Origin: Candidatus Methanoperedens sp.
GTDB taxonomy: Archaea; Halobacteriota; Methanosarcinia; Methanosarcinales; Methanoperedenaceae
Length of the DNA stretch: 24,000 nt
NCBI GenBank assembly: GCA_026552955.1
Contig: JAPMTS010000003.1
Coordinates: 207,763-231,762, forward strand
Direction of reading: 5' to 3'
Shown here: positions 16,838-24,000 of the stretch, piece after piece
Numbering within the stretch: the first letter of the stretch is position 1
Layout: every line of letters begins with the position of its first letter
Program-made: the position numbers and the translations under genes
The notes under the pieces: model-generated
Databases searched by the model: none
What the model was told of the DNA's origin: nothing
What the model saw: only the letters and a program-made list of their open reading frames with translations

Positions 16838-17305
16838 TTGAAAAAACGAATATATTTGGCAATCGTTCTCTTTGTCCTGTTTGCAGGATGTTTGAACGTA
16901 AAATCTGCTGACACAACAGGCAATATTTCAGAGGAAAAGGATCCCGGAGCAAATAAGATAAACATACAGGGATTGGCCTTTTTCACGCAAGTCGAGCCTG
17001 GCCTTCTTGATGCAAAATCACAGGGAAAGCCGGTGTTCGTATATGCAAGGTCGAAATATTGTGGTGCATGCAAAAAATTCGAAGCTGAGACTTTCACAAA
17101 TTCAAGCGTGATAGATAAACTGAATAAGGATTTCATATTGATCTCGATAGATGTGGATGAACAAAAAACAGAAACCAGGAATTTCAGGTTAAGGGTCACT
17201 CCTACCGAAATATTCCTTGATCCAAACGGAACAGAAATAAAAAGAATACTTGGGTACAGGACGAACCAGACATTCCTCGATGAAATAAATAAAATCGTAA
17301 TATAA
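16838..17305 (+). CDS. thioredoxin-fold lipoprotein (extracytoplasmic thiol:disulfide oxidoreductase-like)
   Basis: 155 aa with a TTG start. The lipoprotein-like signal 'MKKRIYLAIVLFVLFAGC' supports that start. The redox motif is 'YCGACKKF' (CxxC), followed by 'ILISIDVDE'. Confidence 0.8.
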   Translation: MKKRIYLAIVLFVLFAGCLNVKSADTTGNISEEKDPGANKINIQGLAFFTQVEPGLLDAKSQGKPVFVYARSKYCGACKKFEAETFTNSSVIDKLNKDFILISIDVDEQKTETRNFRLRVTPTEIFLDPNGTEIKRILGYRTNQTFLDEINKIVI

Positions 17306-17355
17306 ATTGAAAGAATAACTAGAAAATAATATTATAAAATAAATGAGGCCATACA

Positions 17356-18624
17356 ATGAAGCCTGAAAAGCAACAATATACTGAAAAGAAAAGCAAAAAG
17401 ATGCCTAAAAAGAAAGGAAATAATAACATAATAATAATTGCAGTAGCTGCAGTTGTTCTCTTAGGAGCGATAACCTTATTTTCAGGTGGATCGCAGACAA
17501 CCGAACCGAAAACGACAATGACGCTTAAGGATGTAAGGGCATTGATCGATAAAGAATACGGGAACAAAGCTCCCGGGACAAATACGCCTCCTGTGAAGGA
17601 TGATTATATCCCGATACTTATTCCAAGAAAGGCCGATAAGCTTCCGGATTTTGCTGTTACTAACTCGATGACATTAAAAGCTTATAAATATGCTACCGAA
17701 CATCCGGAAGTACTTGAACAGATGCCCTGTTACTGCGGTTGCGGGGAGCATGGAAGTATAGTATCGGAGGGAAAACCTCACATGTCCGTAAGAGACTGCT
17801 TCATTTCCAATGATGGGGTCTATGATGACCATGCTTCCTACTGTGATGTATGTGTGGGAATAGCTGTAAAAGCCCAGAGCTACTTCCCTGCCGGAATTCC
17901 AACAATTGGTCTATCTGCTGCCACGGCTGTTCCATCAGTTGATCTTTCAACTCTCTCTTTGCCTGAGAATTTCAAGTCCATTGCAGATGGCTTGAAACTG
18001 ACACCAGAGGGTATTACAAGGGCATACTTTGTCAATACAAAGATGATCGCTGGAACAGAACTGGAGAGCCAATTTTTAAATAAGCAGGTGCAGCCGGATG
18101 GTTTTTATGGAAAGAAAGTAATAGGCATGTTCAGTGTGGATTATAGCACGAATTCCTGGATCGAACTTCATGACCTGGGTTATGACAGCAAGAAGGATGG
18201 AGCATTAAAAGGAAGGACAGAACCCGGAATGAAGAATATCGTATTTACACGACCGCTGGTTTACGGACACAGCCAGAATGTGGACAACGTTTTGAAATTA
18301 ATAACTGACCCGAATAGCATGAATACATCGTATCCTGCATTCAAACCTCTGCTTGATGCAGTTGATTACCAGAACGCTGCGTATGCACTTGTCATTGAAA
18401 CAAAGAACAAATTCTCGGACATCAATTACATGAGTTTGACCCCGGCTGGAGGAAAAATAGAACTTGTCAGGGCATTCAGCGTAACTGATACCAGGTCTAT
18501 TCCCGCAGGTTTTAGTAAGTATAATCCGGAAACAAAAGGGAATATTCTCATTATCAAAACAACGGGTAACTATGCAGCTGTAATGGCCGAAAACGATAAT
18601 ATTGATGCGGTAGCTATAACATAA
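17356..18624 (+). CDS. membrane-anchored PCYCGC-motif protein with an uncharacterised C-terminal domain
   Basis: 422 aa with an N-terminal TM anchor ('IIIIAVAAVVLLGAITLF'). It carries the 'MPCYCGCGEHGS...RDCF...DDHASYCDVCVGIA' signature, followed by about 230 aa that I cannot assign. Confidence 0.75.
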   Translation: MKPEKQQYTEKKSKKMPKKKGNNNIIIIAVAAVVLLGAITLFSGGSQTTEPKTTMTLKDVRALIDKEYGNKAPGTNTPPVKDDYIPILIPRKADKLPDFAVTNSMTLKAYKYATEHPEVLEQMPCYCGCGEHGSIVSEGKPHMSVRDCFISNDGVYDDHASYCDVCVGIAVKAQSYFPAGIPTIGLSAATAVPSVDLSTLSLPENFKSIADGLKLTPEGITRAYFVNTKMIAGTELESQFLNKQVQPDGFYGKKVIGMFSVDYSTNSWIELHDLGYDSKKDGALKGRTEPGMKNIVFTRPLVYGHSQNVDNVLKLITDPNSMNTSYPAFKPLLDAVDYQNAAYALVIETKNKFSDINYMSLTPAGGKIELVRAFSVTDTRSIPAGFSKYNPETKGNILIIKTTGNYAAVMAENDNIDAVAIT

Positions 18625-18625
18625 A

Positions 18626-19390
18626 ATGTCAGCAGCCCCCCCCATGTTACTGGTGTTTCTTGCAGGAATGGCAACAGTTGCTACGCCCTGTGTTCTTCCT
18701 ATTCTTCCGGCAGTATTGTCAGGATCAGTGGGGAGCAAGCTTCGCCCCATTGCCATAGTAACAGGAATGAGCTTAAGTTTCACGCTCATGGGGCTTCTTG
18801 TTTTTTCAGTTGCATCATTTGGTTTTCTTACGGATTACCTGCGCTGGTTCTCAATATTCATAATAATCGGAATGGGCGCAGTGCTGCTTGATGAAGATAT
18901 TAATGAGATCTATGTAAGGATTTCAAGTTCACTAATAAATTTTTTGCGGGAACATTTTTCATTCATAGGAAAAATAACTTCAAAAGCAAATCCTGAAGGC
19001 CTTTTTGGCGGTTTATTCCTTGGTATGTCGCTTGGAATTCTCTGGATACCATGTGTTGGCCCGATACTGGGTTCTGTTTTCTCGGTTGTTGCTGAAAGTT
19101 CGGCGGGATCGGGGGATATCTCCTACGGTTTAACCCTTCTTTTGACTTATTCCCTGGGTGTAAGCCTTCCGATGCTTATTATAGCATATTCGGGTAAAAG
19201 TGTATCAGGCCGTGTCAAATGGTTTTCAAAAAGAAGCCATTTCTTTAAGAAACTCTCAGGCATTGTCCTGATCCTTGTGGGATTGATGATGCTCTTTGGG
19301 ATAGATAAATATCTGAAGATAATGTTCCTCCCTTATTCAGTCAATGTCGATACTGAAATTTCAAGGCTTTATGAACAAATTTTTGGATAA
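18626..19390 (+). CDS. ccdA: cytochrome c biogenesis thiol-reductant transporter CcdA (DsbD family)
   Basis: 254 aa, polytopic. The two conserved Cys-Pro membrane motifs are 'ATPCVLPILP' and 'WIPCVGPILG'. It starts 1 nt after the upstream stop. Confidence 0.88.
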   Translation: MSAAPPMLLVFLAGMATVATPCVLPILPAVLSGSVGSKLRPIAIVTGMSLSFTLMGLLVFSVASFGFLTDYLRWFSIFIIIGMGAVLLDEDINEIYVRISSSLINFLREHFSFIGKITSKANPEGLFGGLFLGMSLGILWIPCVGPILGSVFSVVAESSAGSGDISYGLTLLLTYSLGVSLPMLIIAYSGKSVSGRVKWFSKRSHFFKKLSGIVLILVGLMMLFGIDKYLKIMFLPYSVNVDTEISRLYEQIFG

Positions 19391-19410
19391 TTGAGAGAAA
19401 CAGGATCGAA

Positions 19411-20796
19411 ATGAAAAATAACCAAAACGTCAGAACCAATGGGAATAATGAAAAATATGACCTGCTTGATGTATATTTTTTCAAGGACCTTGTGAAGAAC
19501 AGGTTCTTTAAGCCAGCAGTTAACTTTTTCCTGTTTATTTTCCTTCTTATTATAATCTACTTCGGGCTTTCGAGTGAATCCGACCTGAGATTCCATGGAG
19601 GGATACCATTCGCCACGACCATGATATGGGATCTATGGCATCCGTTACTTGCATTTACTCTTATACTTGTAGGGAGGCTGTGGTGTTTTGCCTGCCCCAT
19701 CGGGGCGATCGGTGAATGGACGCAGTCTTTTTTCAGCCTGAACAGGAAATATCCTGAAAAGTATCGCAATCTCTGGATTGCAGTAATACTTTTCCTGGTA
19801 ATTTTCGCGGGTGAGCGGCACCTGTTCCAGTTCACAAGAAATCCTCCCAATACTGCTTATCTTCTCCTGTTCTTCACAGGTCTTGCCATAGTGATGGGAG
19901 CAGTGTATGAAAAACGAAGCTTTTGCCGCTACATCTGTCCAATCGGGCTTGTGCTTGGATTATTCTCAATGCTCTCGGCAATCGAGCTTCGATGCAAATC
20001 AAAGAAAACATGCCAGGATCATGACCTGAAAGAATGCGTAATAGGAAACGAGGCTGGAAAAGGTTGCCCTGTGTGGGAGGTTCCCCAGACAATGGAGAGG
20101 AATAACCAGTGTATCATGTGCATGGAATGCGTAAAATCCTGTTCAAAGGGCAATATCCGCATAAGCCCCAGAATTCCGGGAGCAGATATAATCCATTCAA
20201 AGAAAACGCATCTCGATGAAGCATATCTTATCCATGGGATAATAATTATCTTTTTATTTGTAATGGGTATGGAACGATTAGAGTTCAGGAATGTGATCAT
20301 CAATTTTGTCAAATTCACTCTTCCTGTGGATTCACTTATCTTCCTTGACCTGTACTGGAGAAATATGTGGGCAGTTATTATATTTATCCTGATAACACTT
20401 GGCGCGGCAGGATTGATGTATCTTTCCACAAGGGCTGCTTTCGGGAAAAACTCAAAAAGGAAGTTCATTGAATTGTCCTATGCCTTCCTCCCTTTGAGTC
20501 TATCGGTATATCTTGCTGAAAATACTTTTCGCCTATTAAAAGGATTGTTTTTCATAACGGCCAGCATTGGAAGTTTTTTCGGAAGAATTTGGGAATTTTC
20601 CCCGGATTTTGATGCAATTAATAGATTGCAGATTCTCCTGTTGGGAGCAGGCTTTATCTTTACACTATGGGCCGGGTATCTTATCAGCAAGACACAGGAT
20701 GAAAAGGAAATGAATAAGAGCATAATGGCAATCGGATTTTGCGCTATTGTCTATTTGATGATCGGAGTTAAGATTTTGACATTATCAATAATCTGA
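19411..20796 (+). CDS. NapH/CcoG-like integral membrane 4Fe-4S polyferredoxin
   Basis: 461 aa with multiple TM helices. It has the membrane-proximal motifs 'CFACPIGA' and 'CRYICPIG', plus the ferredoxin-type clusters 'CVIGNEAGKGCP' and 'CIMCMECVKSC'. Confidence 0.8.
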   Translation: MKNNQNVRTNGNNEKYDLLDVYFFKDLVKNRFFKPAVNFFLFIFLLIIIYFGLSSESDLRFHGGIPFATTMIWDLWHPLLAFTLILVGRLWCFACPIGAIGEWTQSFFSLNRKYPEKYRNLWIAVILFLVIFAGERHLFQFTRNPPNTAYLLLFFTGLAIVMGAVYEKRSFCRYICPIGLVLGLFSMLSAIELRCKSKKTCQDHDLKECVIGNEAGKGCPVWEVPQTMERNNQCIMCMECVKSCSKGNIRISPRIPGADIIHSKKTHLDEAYLIHGIIIIFLFVMGMERLEFRNVIINFVKFTLPVDSLIFLDLYWRNMWAVIIFILITLGAAGLMYLSTRAAFGKNSKRKFIELSYAFLPLSLSVYLAENTFRLLKGLFFITASIGSFFGRIWEFSPDFDAINRLQILLLGAGFIFTLWAGYLISKTQDEKEMNKSIMAIGFCAIVYLMIGVKILTLSII

Positions 20797-20889
20797 ATGA
20801 GGAAATAATTTCAAGAAACAAAAAGGAAGAAAAAAACTGAATAAAAACATATATACTTATATTCAAATCTAAACAATGGGAAAGAACAT

Positions 20890-21372
20890 ATGAGAACCAA
20901 AAAACTAGTATCGATAATTGTATTGGTATTAATTCTAATATTTGCATATTTCAGTTATAATACTGCTCTGAGCAATTTTACATTGAGCGATAAAACAAGT
21001 AGTTATCTTGGCGGGATCAAATTTCACCGCGCAGCCGCCGGACTTGAAGAGGGTTTCCAGATCGCACAACAGGAAAATAAGCCTGTAATGATGTATTTCT
21101 GGGCAATATGGTGCCAGTATTGCGCACGATTCCAGACAGATACGCTGGGAAATACCCAGGTCAAGAAAATCCTTGAGGAAGACTATGTTCTGGTTGCAAT
21201 GGATCTTGATGTCGATAGGGAAGTGGCCCAGCAATATGGGGTGAGCTATCCCCCGTATCTTGTTTTCATGGATCAAAACGGCAAGGTCCTCCAGAGAGTA
21301 CCGGGTGCCGTTGAAGCGGATTATCTGCTTCCGATTGTTACAAAAATAAGAGATGATGTAAGGAGAAAATAA
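20890..21372 (+). CDS. membrane-anchored thioredoxin-like protein (CcmG/ResA-like role possible)
   Basis: 160 aa with an N-terminal TM anchor. The redox motif is 'WAIWCQYCARF' (CxxC), with 'VLVAMDLDVD' and 'YPPYLVFMD' of the thioredoxin fold. Its stop lies 1 nt before the ccmF start. Confidence 0.8.
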   Translation: MRTKKLVSIIVLVLILIFAYFSYNTALSNFTLSDKTSSYLGGIKFHRAAAGLEEGFQIAQQENKPVMMYFWAIWCQYCARFQTDTLGNTQVKKILEEDYVLVAMDLDVDREVAQQYGVSYPPYLVFMDQNGKVLQRVPGAVEADYLLPIVTKIRDDVRRK

Positions 21373-21373
21373 T

Positions 21374-23737
21374 ATGATACCATTAGGTGATACATTACTT
21401 TATGCAAGTCTGGCAGTTAGCGTTATTGCAATTGTGGGATTACTGGCCAGGGAATTCAAAGATATTGAATTGTTAAATAAACTTATCACACCCACAATAA
21501 TGCTGGGAGCTGGCCTTCTCACAGTATCCTATCTTCTCCTTACCTATTATTTCGTATACAGTGATTTCACTTACGATTATGTCTGGCAATACTCAAGTGC
21601 CGATCTTCCTCTTATCTATAAGATATCCGGTACATGGGCAGGCCAGCAAGGCACATATCTCCTCTGGGTGCTGATAGTGTACCTGTCCGCGGCCTGGCTT
21701 GCCTGGACTACAGGACATAAAACTGCACTTTCCCGGAGAACCCAGATTATAACTCTTGTTACAGGGATATTCTTAATTATAATTACCCTTGTCCAGTCAC
21801 CTTTCAAACTGATAATCCAGAGGCCGGAAGTCGTTGATATGATCGCGAAGGGGACTTTGCCTCTGGACTTTGTGCCCGCAGAAGGAAATGGCCTAAATGC
21901 CCTTCTTGTAAATTTCTGGATGACCGTCCATCCGCCTCTTATGTTCATAGGCTATGCGACTATGACGATCCCCTTTGCGGCAGCAATCGTATACTTACTG
22001 ACAAAAGAAGATGGCTGGGAAGAACTTGGGAGGCAGTGGGCTCGTTTTACCTGGTTGTTCCTTGGTATGGGTATAGCGGTCGGGGGTGTCTGGGCTTACC
22101 TGGTACTCGGCTGGGGAGGATTCTGGGCATGGGACCCGGTTGAGACAGCTTCATTCATCCCATGGTTAACCCTTACTGCTTTCTTGCATGCTGCGGCTCT
22201 TCACAGGAAGAACAAAACAACATTTGCCATAGCTGCCCCCATACTTGCCGCAGTTTCATTCATACTGGTACTTTATGCCGCAATTGTTGTCAGGAGCGGG
22301 CTATTTAATTCAGTTCATGCTTTTGGCGACAGTTCCACCGGTACTTTGCTTCTGGTTTTTATCGGAATAACAACACTTGTATCCATTGTGCTTGGACTGA
22401 GGCGTTATTTTGAGGAGACAGATATAGTAGAGGAAGACCGTGGATTCTGGAATAAGACAAATATCTTTTACGTTACATTACTCTTATTCGTTGTACTGAC
22501 TTTCATCTCATTATGGGGTATTTCCTTTCCTGCATTCATCCAGCTTACCCAGGGACTAAAAGTTGGTGTTGCATCCGATACAAAGAATTTCTTCAATATA
22601 TGGAGCTATCCTTTCACCATAATCCTGCTGCTTGCCTTAGGTTTTTGTTTAAACTACAATGAGAAACAAAAGGAAGAGCAGAAAAAAACATTGTTCATAG
22701 TAATTGGCCTGTCAATAATTACTATGTTCCTCAGGACGGAGAATTTTTATGTACTTGATCATACCAGTCCCTTCTGGGTAAGGGAGCCCGCCATTTATAA
22801 AATGATCGGGAATATTTCGGTAATATCAATTTTTCCATCCATGATATATGCAGCATGGTCCACGATACAGCGCCTCACGGATTACCTTCACATCAAAAGC
22901 ATAAGACCAAAGATAAAAGGTATAGGCATAGCGATCGTGCATTTTGGGATAGTATTTATTCTATTGGGCGCTATCATAAGCTCAAATTTTACCCAGAGCA
23001 TGGAAACCGTCAATATACCGCTTGTATCAAAAGGAGAATTGGTGGGTATCGGAAATGGCTATGGCATAAAAATAATCGATTTTTCAACCAGAAGCCTTTC
23101 TGAGACTGCAAATATTCCGAAAGGAGTTGCAAGGATATCGGAAATATTCAACAATCCGGAAAATTATGTTAGTACTGATGTCAAAATCAGCGGCAAAGTG
23201 AAAAATGTATCAATTGTCCTATCTTCCCCCGGTACTTATACAACCTATATCCTGATGGATGACGGGACAGAGAACCTGTGGGTTGCTGCACAGGCGAATG
23301 AACCCTTGAATTACCAGGAAGGAATGGAATTTACAATAGGCGGCTTCCTGATGACAAATTTCAGGAGTAACTCCACAAATACGACATACCCTCTTATTCT
23401 ATTCTCAACTCCGGAACAAATAATCCAGGGGACAGCTGCTGCTGGCAAATACCAGGTACAGAGTGTCCAGCTTGAAGTATACCAGGGTAATAGTAAAATT
23501 GGAAGCGGAGTCGCAGAATACCTTAATTCAGAGAGTGGAAGCGGAACATTCCCTCTTGTGGACAGCAGTATAACAGGAACGGATATATATGTTATATTCC
23601 AGGGCCTTGGCGGCGGAACTGTTCCCCTATCCCTGAAAATAATACCTGCGGTGAATTTCGCATGGATTGGAATAGTACTTTTTGCATTAGGAATAATCCT
23701 CATAATGGCAGTGAGATCTAAACCAAAAAACGAGTGA
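21374..23737 (+). CDS. ccmF: cytochrome c-type biogenesis protein CcmF (System I heme lyase component) with an enlarged C-terminal extracytoplasmic region
   Basis: 787 aa. The WWD motif is 'WGGFWAWDPVE'. Four conserved His contexts are present ('TVHPPLMF', 'FLHAA', 'SVHAFG', 'IVHFG'). The CcmF_C-like end is 'TDIYVIFQG....IPAVNFAWIGIVLFALG'. Confidence 0.9.
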   Translation: MIPLGDTLLYASLAVSVIAIVGLLAREFKDIELLNKLITPTIMLGAGLLTVSYLLLTYYFVYSDFTYDYVWQYSSADLPLIYKISGTWAGQQGTYLLWVLIVYLSAAWLAWTTGHKTALSRRTQIITLVTGIFLIIITLVQSPFKLIIQRPEVVDMIAKGTLPLDFVPAEGNGLNALLVNFWMTVHPPLMFIGYATMTIPFAAAIVYLLTKEDGWEELGRQWARFTWLFLGMGIAVGGVWAYLVLGWGGFWAWDPVETASFIPWLTLTAFLHAAALHRKNKTTFAIAAPILAAVSFILVLYAAIVVRSGLFNSVHAFGDSSTGTLLLVFIGITTLVSIVLGLRRYFEETDIVEEDRGFWNKTNIFYVTLLLFVVLTFISLWGISFPAFIQLTQGLKVGVASDTKNFFNIWSYPFTIILLLALGFCLNYNEKQKEEQKKTLFIVIGLSIITMFLRTENFYVLDHTSPFWVREPAIYKMIGNISVISIFPSMIYAAWSTIQRLTDYLHIKSIRPKIKGIGIAIVHFGIVFILLGAIISSNFTQSMETVNIPLVSKGELVGIGNGYGIKIIDFSTRSLSETANIPKGVARISEIFNNPENYVSTDVKISGKVKNVSIVLSSPGTYTTYILMDDGTENLWVAAQANEPLNYQEGMEFTIGGFLMTNFRSNSTNTTYPLILFSTPEQIIQGTAAAGKYQVQSVQLEVYQGNSKIGSGVAEYLNSESGSGTFPLVDSSITGTDIYVIFQGLGGGTVPLSLKIIPAVNFAWIGIVLFALGIILIMAVRSKPKNE

Positions 23738-23810
23738 GAACACAGCTGGTAACAAGTTAAGAATTATATGTGTCTGCGGTAAATTCGATCGAGCCCCTGG
23801 TTCAAAAATA

Positions 23811-24000
23811 TCAGGTCAGGTTCAATTCCCTTGAGACCAGGGATGCTCCAATGAGTGTTGATACCAGCGCTATCGCAGGAGGGACAAACAAAATCCCTAT
23901 AATAAAAGTTAAAATAATTGAGGATACGGGGACTAAAATAGCAATGCCCAGTGTTATGAAGAAAGATCCAAAGACCAATATGAATTTTGTTCTATTATCA
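23811..24000 (-). CDS. partial CDS (C-terminal end) of a membrane protein that runs off the window
   Basis: Not in the ORF track. My own minus-strand translation from 23999 reads '...DNRTKFILVFGSFFITLGIAILVPVSSIILTFIIGILFVPPAIALVSTLIGASLVSRELNLT*', with the stop at 23813-23811. It contains two hydrophobic helices. Confidence 0.35.
   Translation of the reverse strand, partial: DNRTKFILVFGSFFITLGIAILVPVSSIILTFIIGILFVPPAIALVSTLIGASLVSRELNLT

Noticed and set aside
23114-23428. The CcmF insertion interpreted as a functional fused CcmE heme chaperone.
   Set aside because: The covalent heme-binding H/CxxxY motif is absent after the barrel-like region. Only a structural resemblance is proposed in the findings.
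23795-23842. 'GGTTCAA' T-loop-like motifs, a 7-bp inverted repeat CCCTGGT/ACCAGGG, and a nearby 'CTCCA'.
   Set aside because: The T-stem and acceptor pairings fail when laid out as a tRNA. The segment overlaps the 3' end of the partial minus-strand CDS. At most it is a weak hairpin between convergent genes.
1-24000. A scan for CRISPR arrays, rRNA, tRNA, integrases or obvious defence-system genes.
   Set aside because: I saw no regularly spaced direct repeats and no cas, integrase or restriction-type motifs. The only mobile-element signature is the tnpB remnant.

Overview
The window looks like an archaeal chromosomal segment. Its gene content fits a cytochrome-c-containing Methanosarcinales-type methanogen or methanotroph; this taxonomic call is an inference from mtd, cofD, a methanogen-type SerRS, a two-repeat EndA, and ccdA/ccmF. 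About 85-90% of the window is coding. From left to right it holds: thiC, a HerA/DUF87-like ATPase and a type-2 seryl-tRNA synthetase (minus strand); mtd; a block of SUI1, DUF192 and tRNA-splicing endonuclease bracketed by two small paralogous ribbon-helix-helix-like genes; a PGF-CTERM surface protein; a MoeA fusion; a small Gly-rich membrane protein, an ABC-2 exporter pair and cofD; an ArsR-like HTH gene; an internally deleted TnpB (IS200/IS605 OrfB) remnant converging on a dodecin gene; a six-gene extracytoplasmic thiol-redox / cytochrome c maturation cluster (two membrane-anchored thioredoxin-like proteins, a PCYCGC protein, CcdA, a NapH/CcoG-like polyferredoxin and a long CcmF); and a partial membrane-protein gene running off the right edge. 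I recognised no rRNA, tRNA or CRISPR array. The items most worth a second look are: (1) the in-frame, RuvC-II-less TnpB remnant that keeps its 3' omega-RNA-like region, (2) the composition of the cytochrome-maturation redox cluster, including an OB-fold-like insertion in CcmF, and (3) several smaller oddities: a repeat-built tail on the HerA-like ATPase, a CACAGAG heptamer palindrome, and the RHH paralogue pair. None of these is proven novel from sequence alone. All family assignments come from motif recognition by eye, not from database searches.
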